Positions 39,697-52,200 of a stretch of DNA of 64,000 nt are shown in pieces. Both the position numbers and the translations under genes were made by a program. The DNA comes from Octopus sinensis. Taxonomy: Eukaryota. Numbering within the stretch: the stretch's first letter is position 1; each line of letters starts with the position of its first letter. Where the stretch lies: assembly GCF_006345805.1 (NCBI RefSeq), contig NC_042998.1, forward strand, positions 41,106,001 to 41,170,000, read 5' to 3'. The notes below the pieces were generated by a model that saw only the letters and a program-made list of their open reading frames with translations, did no database searches and was not told where the DNA came from.

Positions 39697-40130
39697 TCAT
39701 CATCATCATCATCATCATCGTTTAACGTCCGTTTTCCGCGCTAGCACGGGTTGGACGGTTTCGACCGGGGTCTGGGGAGCCAGGGGCTGCCCCAGGCTCC
39801 AGTCTGGTCTGGCAGTGTTTCTACAGCTGGATGCCCTTCCTAACGCCAACCACTCCGCGAGTGTAGTGGGTGCTTTTTACGTGCCACCTGCACAGGTGCC
39901 AGAGGGGTCTGGCAACGGCCACGGTCGGTTGGTGCTTTTTATGTGCCACCTGCACAGAAGCCAGTCGGGGCGGTGCTGGCATCGGCCACGTTCGGATGGT
40001 GCTTTTTATGTGGGGGGGGGTGCAGAAATATAGGGGAGCACCAGCGGGGAGGGGTGTTTGGAGTGTTCATGTACTTGACTCAACAGGTCTCCTCAAGCAC
40101 AGCGGGACGCTTGCTGCTTGTCTTGGTGGG
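39697..40130 (-). mobile_element. RTE-family 3'UTR and (GAT)n tail
   Basis: Reverse complement of the 48590-48805 tail region, plus 'cttgaggagacctgttgagtcaagtacat', which also occurs at 130-157. Confidence 0.85.
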
Positions 40131-40294
40131 GGGAGGTGTAGTACACAGTGAAAGCATGTGAGGAGGAGGGGTAGGAGGGAGAGAGACACGTAATGGTGGT
40201 GGGGGAGGAGGAGGGAGGAGGGCATATCCGGTGTAGATGGTGTGAACAGTGTTCACCGGTATTGGTGGTGGGGGTGGGAAAGGGCGGGAGCACC

Positions 40295-40369
40295 GCGAAT
40301 GGCGAAGATCGGTGCGAATGGCGAAGATCGGCGCAAATGGCGAAGATCGGCGCAAATGGCGAAGATCGG
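40295..40369. repeat. 19-bp tandem repeat x4
   Basis: gcgaatggcgaagatcggt/gcaaatggcgaagatcggc units starting at 40295, 40314, 40333 and 40352. Confidence 0.95.
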
Positions 40370-41371
40370 ATTAAACTTCGTAGAGAAAGAATAGAGGGTA
40401 TCTTAAGGGATTAAATTTCGTAGAGAAAGAATAAGAATAGGGAAAGCGTGGCGAAGATCGAATTAAACTTCGTAGAGAAAGATAGAGGGTATCTTAAGGG
40501 ATTAAATTTCGTAGAGAAAGAATAAGATAGGGAAGGCAAGCTTGTTAGTGTATAAGTTCAAACATTTAAAAACGATTAGCGGCAAATGTATGTAAGTTGT
40601 GGAAGATAGGGAGAGAAAAAATATAGACTTGCTGTGAACATCGGTGATCAGGAAGAATGATAGGGGTGGGGTGGGGACCAGGTGCCTTTAGATGGATTGA
40701 CCGGAAGTCTCTGATTTGGAGAAGACGGAAGTTTGAATTTGGGAATGGTAATGATAATGGCGATTTTCGTTTTTGAAGATACCGCGAATGGCGAAGATCG
40801 GATTAAACTTCGTAGAGAAAGAATTGAGGGTATCTTAAGGGATTAAATTTCGTAGAGAAAGAATAAGAATAGGGAAAGCGTGGCGAAGATCGAATTAAAC
40901 TTCGTAGAGAAAGATAGAGGGTATCTTAAGGGATTAAATTTCGTAGAGAATGAATAAGAATAGGGAAAGCATGGCGAAGATCGAATTAAACTTCGTAGAG
41001 AAAGATAGAGGGTATCTTAAGGGATTAAATTTCGTAGAGAAAGAATAAGATAGGGAAAGCGTGGCGAAGATCGAATTAAACTTCGTAGAGAAAGATAGAG
41101 GGTATCTTAAGGGATTAAATTTCGTAGAGAAAGAATAAGAATAGGGAAAGCGTGGCGAAGATCGAATTAAACTTCGTAGAGAAAGATAGAGGGTATCTTA
41201 AGGGATTAAATTTCGTAGAGAAAGAATAAGAATAGGGAAAGCGTGGCGAAGATCGGATTAAACTTCATAGAGAAAGAATAGAGGGTATCTTAAGGGATTA
41301 AATTTCGTAGAGAAAGAATAGGGAAAGCGTGGCGAAGATCGAATTAAACTTCGTAGAGAAAGATAGAGGGT
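40359..41371. repeat. ~91-bp minisatellite in two blocks (2 units, ~250-bp spacer, 6 full units plus 1 partial)
   Basis: Unit gcgtggcgaagatcgaattaaacttcgtagagaaagatagagggtatcttaagggattaaatttcgtagagaaagaataagaatagggaaa. It is itself a dimer of sub-units sharing attaaa(c/t)ttcgtagagaaaga. Confidence 0.95.
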
Positions 41372-42554
41372 ATATATATATATATATTCAAATATGCAAA
41401 ATGTGTATCTTAAAATTGTCATAGTCAACTTACTGAAAGGAAAAGTTCAAAGTTGGCATAAATGCCAGCATTATTTTGCTCATAGGGAAGATCCATTCGA
41501 GAGAGGATAGATTTTTGCTGTAGGTGAAAGAGAATATGAAGTGAAGTAGTTAAGTTTAATTTCTTTTAAAAAAAAGCAGAAAGTAATCAAGATACATGAA
41601 GATAATTAGCTGAGTACTATATATATATCTAAAATTGTGAAGAAGTTTCTCCTCTACTGCTTTTCTTAAAATTTCTCCTATTTGAAAGATTAAGGATTAT
41701 AAAAGTTATTAGCAACAAAACTTTTCTCATTTGGATTTTTCATCTTTGAAAATTTTATGAATATACTTTTATTTTTATTTTCTTTTATGTTTAGAAGTTT
41801 CACTGTCAACCAATTATTTTCGCTTGGTTTTTTATTGCATCATGTGAGGTTTTCATTTCAATATACGTAAGATTTTGATGTTGAAATTACGAGCTAGAAT
41901 TATTCATGTATATCATTTTTGGAATTTAAGAAATTAGGAATTCCTTAAAGGTGTAGACTGTGAATTCAATCCCAGCAATGCACTGTGCATGATTAATGTG
42001 TACATTCAAGATTAACACCAAAGAATGTTCAGAAGGAATACATATGTAGATCATAGCATATATATTGCTTATTGAGCCAAACCAACATAATTCAGTGAAG
42101 ACTGCTCTTTATATAGATAACTGTATTGAGGGGGTGACAGATAAAAGAAATTCATGATTAGGAAAATTCATTTTAAATGGATATGAGGAGAGTCTACATT
42201 TATTCGTCTAATATAGTTTCTAATGAATGGAAGGTTGATATAAACGACAATATTGAGTTCATCAATATTATTTCAAATTACTTCATTCACATAGATTATT
42301 TCAGGGGATTTCATTTATTCTTTTTCTAGATTAAGTTATTGGATTGTGGCCATGCTGGGGCACTGTCTACAAGAGGTTTCTTTGATCATATTTACCCCAC
42401 TATTTATTTCAGTCTGGTAGCAATTTTATTGATCTTTATATATGAAGTTACTACATTATGGGGACTTACAGGAACACAACATAAACAACAATAGTTTTTT
42501 TGTTCTTTTTTTTTTGACTAGTTTAAATATGAACATGAATGCATGCATGTTTGT

Positions 42555-42606
<52 letters not shown>

Positions 42607-42653
42607 ATGTATATATATGTGTATATATATGTATATATATATATATGTGTGTG

Positions 42654-42849
42654 TACCGTTGGTGATTTTTTTTTCCTCCGTCTTCCCTTCTCTGGATCTT
42701 TCCTTCTCCTATGTTTCCGACGAAGAGCTCCGCTTGAAACATAAAACCCTCCTCCTTCCCTTCCTTCCTGAGTGTCCAATAATACTATATTTGTTCCACG
42801 TCCTCACGTTGTTGTGTTTTGTCTTGGTGTTTTCATGTTTGGATTAACT

Positions 42850-42850
<1 letters not shown>
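42654..42850 (+). mobile_element. Penelope-like element terminal fragment with decayed minimal hammerhead motif (42713-42747)
   Basis: GTTT-CCGACGA-A-GAGC-TCC-GCTT-GAAAC-AT-A-AAAC has hammerhead layout (stem I gttt/aaac, core, stem II, GAAAC). Flanked by (TG)/(TA) microsatellites. Confidence 0.55.
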
Positions 42851-42902
<52 letters not shown>

Positions 42903-43980
42903 GAAATGAGGTAATCAGAAGATCGGATGGTTCATATTTATAGATATTTATTTATATATTACATTTTTTACATATATATATCATATCATTCAGATTATTA
43001 GCGCTTTCTCCCGTTCTATATATATATATGGACAGGTTTTGTCTTTTCTATCCTAAGTGTTTTTTTGTCTAACACTTACATGCTATTATTTAGCTTTATC
43101 TGCTTCGAGATTCACCATTCCCAAAAAGAATTATTTCATGCTAAGTTTCTAAATTTTATATTGTCAACAGTATATGTGTGTTTGTGTGTATTACATGCAC
43201 TCATCCATAAATACACTTGTGTACATAGAAACAGACATATACACATAGTACACAAATTTTATACTACAATGTACAATATTTGCTAAGCTCACATAACACA
43301 CAAACACAAATGCATGCTTTGAATTTTAGTGCTATAAAAATAAAGATATACATGCACACATGCTTGCATGTGTGTATTTTTATAGTAGAAAATTTCAAAG
43401 CCTACCTTTCTGTTTGTATATTTTGTGATTTCCACAAAAACAGTATTTTGTGGCAATAAAATTTTTTTTGACAAATGCACTCTAAACCATTGGCAGTTTT
43501 GCCTAACATATGTTTCAGTGTATTTCTGAGCCCTAGAAGCCTCAAAACTGAAGGATTGCTTTTGTTTTGTTGGAGTTTTTTTTTATGAAAAACTAACTTC
43601 TCTCCTTTGATGGAGAACAGACAATAGAAAATATATGTGCTTTCATTCACATATATACCTCTAACCAAGACTTACTTATCCATATCTATCTCTATATACC
43701 TGTGTCTCTGTCTTTCTCTCTGTATGCATGTGTGCTTGCATGCACATACACACACACACATGCATATACATACATATATATGTAATGACTGCATGTATGT
43801 ATGTTTTTTTATGAAACTTTTGAAATAAATAATTTAGGTTTTTTTTTCTTTGTTTTTTTTTTTTAGTTTTCATAAAAAGAAAATCATCTCTTTGTATTTG
43901 TGTGTGTACATATTTATCTTTATGGCCGGAATGTGATTGAACCAAATAACTATCTTTCTGTGTGAACATTTTTAAATATA

Positions 43981-44810
43981 CAGGGTGTTTGGGCTAAATT
44001 TGACAGTTTGCATAAAAAGAAAAGAATATACAATATTCCTTCCAAAATAATAAAGAAAAAAACATTTAAAAAAATTTAAAATATCAACAAGGTTGTAGCT
44101 GAGAGGTAAGTTTACTTAAAGTAACTACCCTCAGCTTTCACCACACCTGCAAGATGGCTCCAGAATCTGGCGTATGCCAGTGTGTCCCTGGAGAGATCTT
44201 TGAACATTTCCTTGATCTTGATGACTAGCATAGGCTTAGTGTTTTAGACAATGCAGTTGGTGTCTTTCTCAACCGCATCCAACATATGGAATTACAATTG
44301 AAAGAATTAGGAGGCCAGGAATTGAGGCTGGTAAAGTCATAGAAATTCTCCAACAACTTCTGACTCTTTCTGGAGGTGAGGCAAAGAGCTGAATCCTGCT
44401 GCCACACATATGGCTATTCAGTTGGAACCCTCTCCAGCCAAGGTTTGACCACAATCTTCAGCAGCTTCACATAGCCATCTGAATTGAGCCTAAAGCCCTA
44501 TTCATCGGTTGTTGGATGAATTCCAGCATGTCTATTCCTGCTGTCCACATCATGTCTTAAAACCTTTACAATATCCATAGAGCATTGAGCAATAGTTATA
44601 ATGTGGGCATTTTGATACCTTGCAAGAAATCATGATATGGTAAACAGTAAACTTTTCCCATATTCAAATGGCTTCCAGTCATCTATGTCAGCTAATATTT
44701 TCTCAATTACAACTTTAATCTTTATGCTTCTCAACACCAGTGACTGTCCACCAATACATCAAGCTATTCTTGAAAAAGGAGACATAAAACTCATCAAATT
44801 TAGCCTGAAC
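43981..44810 (-). mobile_element. Tc1/mariner superfamily (maT-like) transposon, decayed and deleted
   Basis: TA then cagggtgtttgggctaaatttgacag at the left end, with a partial inverted copy tcaaatttagcc at ~44794-44805. Minus-strand remnants LRLNSDGYVKLLKIVVKPW, YMWQQDSA and WPPNS. Confidence 0.8.
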
Positions 44811-47024
44811 TGCTTAATGTGTGGCTTTTAGATTGTATATGTCTTTATTAAAAATTTTTTTAATTTTCTCTATTTTGTTTCCTTCACATATATAGAATAT
44901 CCAACATATAGCCAAGACATACATCTCAAACACGCTCACAAACATTTCTAATTACAAACATGTGAGCACAACACACACACACACATGTACATACACATAT
45001 ACTCATATATAGGAGGGAGAGAAAGAAGAAAAATACTGCAAGCCCCTGTGCGTGTGTGTGCATATTTTGGTTTGGTTTCTATAGCTGGATGCCTTTCCCA
45101 ACATTAACCACTTTACAGAATGTACTGGGTACACTTTTTGTAGTAAAAAGTGAAATGCGTGAGTGAGAAGCAGTTCTTTTATCTATCTATGTAAGCAGTC
45201 CCTCTGAATAGGAGCTGGCTCCAAATGTGTCAACCCATCCAGCCCATGCCAGCATGGAAAGTTGACATAAAATGATGATGACATATGGTGCATACTCTCT
45301 CTCTCTCCCTCTCACACACACACATACACAGTTATTGTTATAGAGAGGTAGATATTGATATATTATTGTTTTTTTTTCTGGCTGTTCCAAATGGGGTCAA
45401 TTATCATACTTATTTTCCATAGAAAGAAGACTGTCTTTATGTATGTCTATTTATGGCAGGAATGTGGTTGTTTAGCATCCTAGAAATAGCAGTCATTCCT
45501 TGTCTTACTGTCTGTCTGTGAGAATGTCTTTAGTCTCTAGCTAAATAATTTGTGTATGATTTATACCATTTTTATTATTTATTAAAAATTCTTTTCTAGC
45601 TTTTGTTTACTTCAGTAGCACAAAATGCCAAGTGGTCTTGAAAGCTATTCTCTGTCTATCTGCCTATCTACCAGACTCTTTCTCTGTCTGATTCTCTCTC
45701 ACTCTCTTTCCATCTCTGTTTATCTTTTGCACTCTCTCTTTTTGTCTTCCTTACTCACTCTGCTCAGTGTGTATGTAATTACTATCAGTTAAATACTAAG
45801 ATTAATTATAATTGCTTTAACTGATTAACCCATGCACTTCACCATGACTTGTAATAATTATTTATTACAATATATATATTTGGTACTGGGGATTGCCATA
45901 AGTTTTACTTTTCGAGTATTGCTTACAAGTGTATAGTATTGGAAGTCTTGTGTTTACTTATTCTTTCCTCTGATTATTTCATCTCTTGTTTAATGATATG
46001 CTTCATCTTAGGCTATTTGAATTTACTGCACTTGATACAGCATATGGCAAAAAGTGAGTTCTTTGGGCTAAACAACTAGCCACAGCAGTATTAAGGCAAT
46101 TGATTTAAACTCAATCATTAGAATTATATTATACACAGTAGTTGTTTTGAACTGTTTTCCAGAATCAATGCCTTTCTCCCAGTTTGGAGAGATCATATTG
46201 TTGACGGTTTGATTAAGTAATCAAAACACTAATAAAAGTTAAGCCACTGTTTAATGCAGTTCTTGTCTCTAAAACCACATAAGTAGATGTGAATAGAAGA
46301 CTTGGTGCATTTTTCGATTTGGTTTATAAGGAGCCTGGCTGTCTTTGAAATATGACAATAGTTTCAGCAATACTCTGTGGAATGCATTATGAAGAGAAAG
46401 CTGTTGTAAAATTCTTTCAGTCAAAAGAAAGAGATTTATGCACTTGTTGCCATCAACCTATCTTTAACAAACGTTAAGTATTGCTTGCAAATTTATATGA
46501 ATTGGTAATGCTGTATTCATTTATTATGGCATCAATCATAACATGAAGGTCTGTTGACCAAATGTTCAGGTCAGCATTTTTATATTTGGTTAGAATAGTT
46601 TGTTTGTGTTTCGTTAACTCAGTGAATTGAACAGAGCAAGTAATAGGCTGTGGAATATATTCTGTCAGCAGCTATATGTATCTTGGCAGTCCTCTTTTCT
46701 CTAACAGATGTCTCTCATTATCTCTTGCACACTCTATTCTCATGACTAGTAAGCTTTAAAATCAGCCTTGACTTTTGTAAGCTACAGCTGCAAGATTTTC
46801 TTAGAGTTAAATTTTAACAGAATGTTCTTTTCATTTAAAAGCTGATAGACGTATTTCATTTTCAATAAAATGATATGGCTGTTTTTATGATGTATTGCTA
46901 AAATGAAACACTATTGTAAGATATTTCAAGTTATCATGATTTAATAACAGAAAATAAGTGAATATTTGCTAAATTGTTATTTTCTATAAGCCACATTTGC
47001 TTACTTAAACATATCAATATTTAA

Positions 47025-48805
47025 GGCCTCTCGCTCAGAGTAAAAGGCAGACTGTATGATGCATGTGTACGTACAGCTATGCTACATGGTAGTGAAACAT
47101 GGGCCGTGACTGCTGAGGATATGCGTAAGCTCGCAAGAAATGAAGCCAGTATGCTCCGATGGATGTGTAATGTCAGTGTTCATAATCGTCAGAGTGTAAG
47201 TTCCTTGAGAGAAAAGTTGAACCTAAGAAGCGTCTGTTGTGGCGTGCAAGAGAGACGGCTGCGCTGGTATGGTCATGTGACGAGAAAGGCTGAAGATAGT
47301 TGTGTGCGAAAGTGCTACACCCTAGCAGTTGAGGGAACCTGTGGAAGAGGTAGACCCAGGAAAACCTGGGACGAGGTGGTGAAGCACGACCTTCGAACTT
47401 TAGGTCTCACTAAGGAAATGTCTAGAGACCGAGACCTATGGAAGTATGCTGTGCGTGAGAAGACCCGGCAAGACTAGTCAGGCCATAACCCGTGGCCCCT
47501 ACCTGGGACGTAGTCAGTCCTCCTGTGCATACCTTCCTTCTTGTGACACTTATGAAGACCTGTTGAGGCAAGTGAAAATCAAATCAAAACAAATCAAAAT
47601 AGATGAACATCAGTGGAATTGTATTCTTTGTGGTACCAGTGCCGGTGGCACACAAGAAAACCACCCAAACGTGGCCGTAGCCAGTACCGCATCGACTGGC
47701 CTCCGTGCTGTGGGCACAACAAACACCATCCGATCGTGGCCGTTCGCCAGCCTCATCTGGCACCTGTGTCGGTGGCACATAAAGACACCATCCGAAGACC
47801 GGCGACGTAGTCAGTCCACCTGTGCATACCTTCCCTCTTATGACACTTGTGAAGACCTGTTGAGGCAAGTGTGTGGACACTTGTGAAGACCTGTTGAGGC
47901 AGAGGCAAGTGTGTGACACTTTGTGAAGACCTGTTGAGGCAGAGGCAAGTGTGTGACACTTGTGGAGACCTGTTGAGGCAAGTGAAAATCAAATCAAATC
48001 AAATCAAATCAAACCAAATCAAAATAGATGAACATCAATGGAATTTGTATCTTTGTGGTACCAGTGCCGGTGGCACACAAGAAAACCATCCGAACGTGGC
48101 CGTAGCCAGTACCGCATCGACTGGCCTCTGTGATGTGGGCACATAACAAACACCATCCGATCGTGGCCGTCCGCCAGCCTCATCTGGCACCTGTGTCGGT
48201 GGCACATAAAAACACCAACCGAAGACCCGGCAAGACTAGTCAGGCCATAACCCGTGGCCCCTACTTGGGACGTAGTCAGTCCACCTGTGCATACCTTCCT
48301 TCCTTCTTGTGACACTTGTGAAGACCTGTGAAGACCTGTTGAGGCAAGTGAAAATCAAATCAAATCAAAACAAATCAAAATAGATGAACATCAATGGAAT
48401 TTGTATCTTTGTGGTACCAGTGCCGGTGGCATACAAGAAAATCATCCGAACGTGGCCGTAGCCAGTACCGCATAGACTGGCCTCCGTGCTTTGGGGACGT
48501 AACAAACACCATCCGAGCGTGGCCGTCTGCCAGCCTCGTCTGGCACCTGTGTCGGTGGCACATAAAAACACCATCCGAGCGTGGCCGTTCGCCAGCCTCG
48601 TCTGGCACCTGTGTCGGTGGCACATAAAATCACCCACTACACTCTCGGAGTGGTTGGCGTTAGGAAGGGCATCCAGCTGTAGAAACACTGCCAGATCTGA
48701 CTGGCCTGGTGCAGCCTTCGGGCTCCCCAGACCCCAGTTGAACCGTCCAACCCATGCTAGCATGGAAAACGGACGCTAAATGATGATGATGATGATGATG
48801 ATGAT
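47025..48805 (+). mobile_element. young 5'-truncated RTE LINE with a triplicated 3'UTR module
   Basis: Stop-free ORF2 C-terminus from 47025 to TAG at 47475-47477 (GLSLRVKGRLYDACVRTAMLHGSETW...RRLRWYGHV...GRGRPRKTW), 3'UTR modules and a (GAT)n tail. Confidence 0.95.
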
Positions 48806-49153
48806 AGTATGTGATGTTTTAGTTTCTTTTTTCTGCATTTTTCCCCAGTCCTCTATTTTAAAGGAGTATGTTTGGTGACAAAAGCATTGGAAAAGTTTCA
48901 TTTGAATAAAAAGATAGTTGGGTTCTTAACTTATCAAGATCAATAGATCAAAAATAAAACCATCTCTGAATAATATTTTCAAATTTGCTTGTTTCCCCAC
49001 CATCTCTCTCTCTCAGCTCATCATTTCAAGTTTCACATTTTTCCAGTTGTTCAGCTGATTCTATTTTATATATTGTGTACATTAAACACTATTTTTACCA
49101 ATTGGTAAACACAAATATTCAGCAATCTGTGTGTGTACATAAGTTTATGTGTA

Positions 49154-49198
<45 letters not shown>

Positions 49199-49251
49199 AC
49201 TTATGTATATGTTTGTGTGTGTATGTATATATATATATATATATATATACA

Positions 49252-49284
<33 letters not shown>

Positions 49285-49790
49285 GTGAAATCATTTTCAA
49301 TCAATATTGAGAAAATATTTATATGAACTGTTAAATTCCAATGACCATGTCAATAAATAAGATTTGTTGCATTTCCTATATCTATCTAAGGAAAATACAA
49401 GGTATTTTAATATTCTTTTTCTACCTCACTCAGAAATTCCTATTCAGAGCTTGTTTACAGCCCGAGTGTTTATGTAATTGTTTATTGGCATAAGTTGGTG
49501 AAACTTCAATAAATCACATGTCCAGAATGCTGTTATCCATCTGTATGTTGCTATTCATCAGTATGCTACTATCATTCAGAAAGCACAATCCTGAGATTGT
49601 TAAAGATGGCTATGCAAAAGTTCACTGCATCAATATTGATGAAAAGATATTTAAAATTCTATTAACATTCATAACATTGCTGTGCTACTGCTAACCTTTT
49701 CCAAATGAGAGTCTTACCGATATTGGCAAAATGTAATTTTTTCAATGGTAGATGTAGTGACAGGGTTCTTTTTGCTGTTTACAATTAAAG

Positions 49791-49836
<46 letters not shown>

Positions 49837-50402
49837 TCTTTGTTTCTACACCTGTAGATTATTATTGTATTTAAATGACTTAAATCACCTGTTATTCTGT
49901 AATTTCTTTTTCAGTTTCCTTGTTAATGATGTTTGTCATACATATTGAATCCTTGTTACCACAGCAGCACTGTCCTACCTATTTAAAATAAGTTTTAACA
50001 CTCTATAAATATTATTAGTTATTCATTGTTATCACTTGACTGCTGTATATACATTTCTGTTATGTAGAATTACACACAAACATTTACTTTCTTTTTCTTC
50101 AGTTAACTACATATTGAAATATATTAAGCAGAGAACCTTTTTATTATGAATAGCTGAATATTACTATTACTTAATCCATTATTCTATCAGTGTTTTAACA
50201 TCAAATTTTGTTTTTTATGGGTTGGATGTGTTTGCATGCCACCATTCATCTCAGACTTTCACTATCTCATTGAAACGCCCAACATCCTGAGATCTGTCTT
50301 CACTTGTGTCCACCCCACTGTTCTTCCTCAACTGACAACATGTAGCACTTCATCTTGTACTTGTTGCTCATTTGATTCACCATGTCTCTACCAACAGTTG
50401 TC

Positions 50403-52200
50403 CTTTTTTTATTATTATTAATGGCTTGGTTTTGAGGAACTAGCTGTTTCCATAGCCTTCACAAGCTCTGTGAGACTGGTTGAGATTGATGTAGTTAACA
50501 TTTCAGTCATATGGCAGCAGGAAAAAGCATATGTAAAAAGAGAATAAGGATGAAATCTTGCAAAGATGGAATGGGTAGTGTAGTCTGTGGGAGTGATGGA
50601 TTCCATATGGATGCTGAGAAGGGATGACAAATAAATTATGAGTGCCTAAGTGGATTAATACAGCCAGTTTCAAGGAATAGAGGCCACTGTAGTATTGGTA
50701 GAAATGCATTAAGAGGTAACAGTATGTCTGGTCAGTAGTTGGAGTGTGTTTGCCTATCAGTTGAGTGATTTTTCTGTGGATGGAGTCTTGGTTGTCTGAA
50801 TGCATAGCAGCAACAGTATCCTAGATATGGAAACAGTATTCTAATATAGATTTCTCTTGACTTTGTAAATTTTGTAGTTGTTGGTGAGAAGTAATGAGAG
50901 GAGGTGGGGGAATATTTTCTAGTTATGAATAGGAAGGACATTTTTCATGATGCAATTTTGGCTGTGTTGATATTTATTTGCCATAAGAGATTTTCAGAGA
51001 TGGTGAGGCTCAGTATTTGAAGCAAGAATGATGTTTCTAATTGTGTGATGATTCTGTTAAGGGATGCGGTAATATTTTTTTTCATATGAATTGTGATAGT
51101 GTCTGTGCTGTTGAAGTAGAAAAGATTAGTATCATCTCATTACAGGATAATTTTTGACATCTCTGTTCATGATGTTTAGGCTGCATGTAGATTTTTGGGA
51201 GAAATGAATGGTGGAATCATTTGTATGGGTGTGTGCTTTGTTGAAGGTGATAGCTAGTGAGTTGTTGATATATAAGACCAAGAGCATGAGTGGGTGGCGG
51301 GGAGGAAAACAGAACACTGGGATACACCAACTTGATAGAATGTTGTTCGAGAAAGCTCCATGAGCATCCTGACAGTCAGCTTACTGATGTTGAGTAAAAG
51401 AAAAGAGTTGGTCTCCAGTAGATCTGGCATTATGAAAAATGTATTGAAGGTGATTAAAGAGGTACAGAGAAGGTTGTTGCTAATGATTGTCTTCATTATC
51501 TCTGAGGTGTTGAAAATCCCTCTTGCTCTGCCAATTCTGTTAACAGAGTAAGAAGTGTTTTGAAGTGACTGGGATACTTTTGTACTTAGCAGGTATGTAT
51601 GCATGTTGGTAAGCTTGATGATGTTGAAAGATAGTTTGGGAATTTTACCTAGTGTGTGTGGTGTGAAGTTCCATCTAAAACAGACAGCAAATGTGGAGGC
51701 ATTCTCCATAAAATATTTGCTTATAAAATCATCATAGTTGAAGAAAGTTGCTGAAGATCCTTCTAGCTTGGAACCAAAATGATTGACTGTAGCCCGAGAT
51801 GCAAAGGAGCTTCCATGCTGTACAGTGTGTGAAGACATCCTTCACGGTTTCGATAATTATCTTGTAGAAGTTATAGTACAGGATAAAATCCACATAGCGA
51901 TTTCCTCCAAGCATAATAGATCATATTCTTTTCCTGAACTGCTACAGTGCAGCTATGAGTGAACCACTTGGGAGGTTTAGGACTGTGTGTTTGGGATATG
52001 TGTGAGATGTAGCAGGATATTCCTAAGAGGATGGTTTCAGTCACATCCAATAAATCCTCTTCTTCACTCCTCAGATTTCCCACACAATGCCTCATATTGT
52101 TATGCAGTATCACTCGTCTTATACTGTTTGGTTTTCACACTAAGGGAGAACGAGAGAGAGTGGAAGGGAGATCCTTTGTCAACAAAAACAGCAATTCCTT
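50403..52200 (-). mobile_element. CR1-group LINE, decayed ORF2 with (AAT)n tail
   Basis: Frameshifted remnants PKPPKWFTHSC, SEIMKTIISN, GVSQCSVF and LVLYINNSL...HTNDSTIHF (equivalent to GVPQGSVL, LFINDL...YADDSTLH). Tail seen as (ATT)n at 50410-50420. Confidence 0.8.

Noticed and set aside
40242-40256. Palindrome gtgaaca-g-tgttcac resembling a steroid response element
   Set aside because: The spacer is 1 nt rather than 3, it lies inside a mobile element, and a single short palindrome is expected by chance.
40359-41371. 91-bp array as a CRISPR array or a hammerhead-containing satellite
   Set aside because: Units are contiguous with no unique spacers, there are no cas genes and the context is eukaryotic. 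Neither strand has a CUGANGA core.
51254-51838. 194-aa minus-strand ORF as a host gene or telomerase-like RT
   Set aside because: Adjacent frames complete the CR1-type motifs (LYINN, NDSTIHF) and an (AAT)n tail follows, so it is a decayed LINE.
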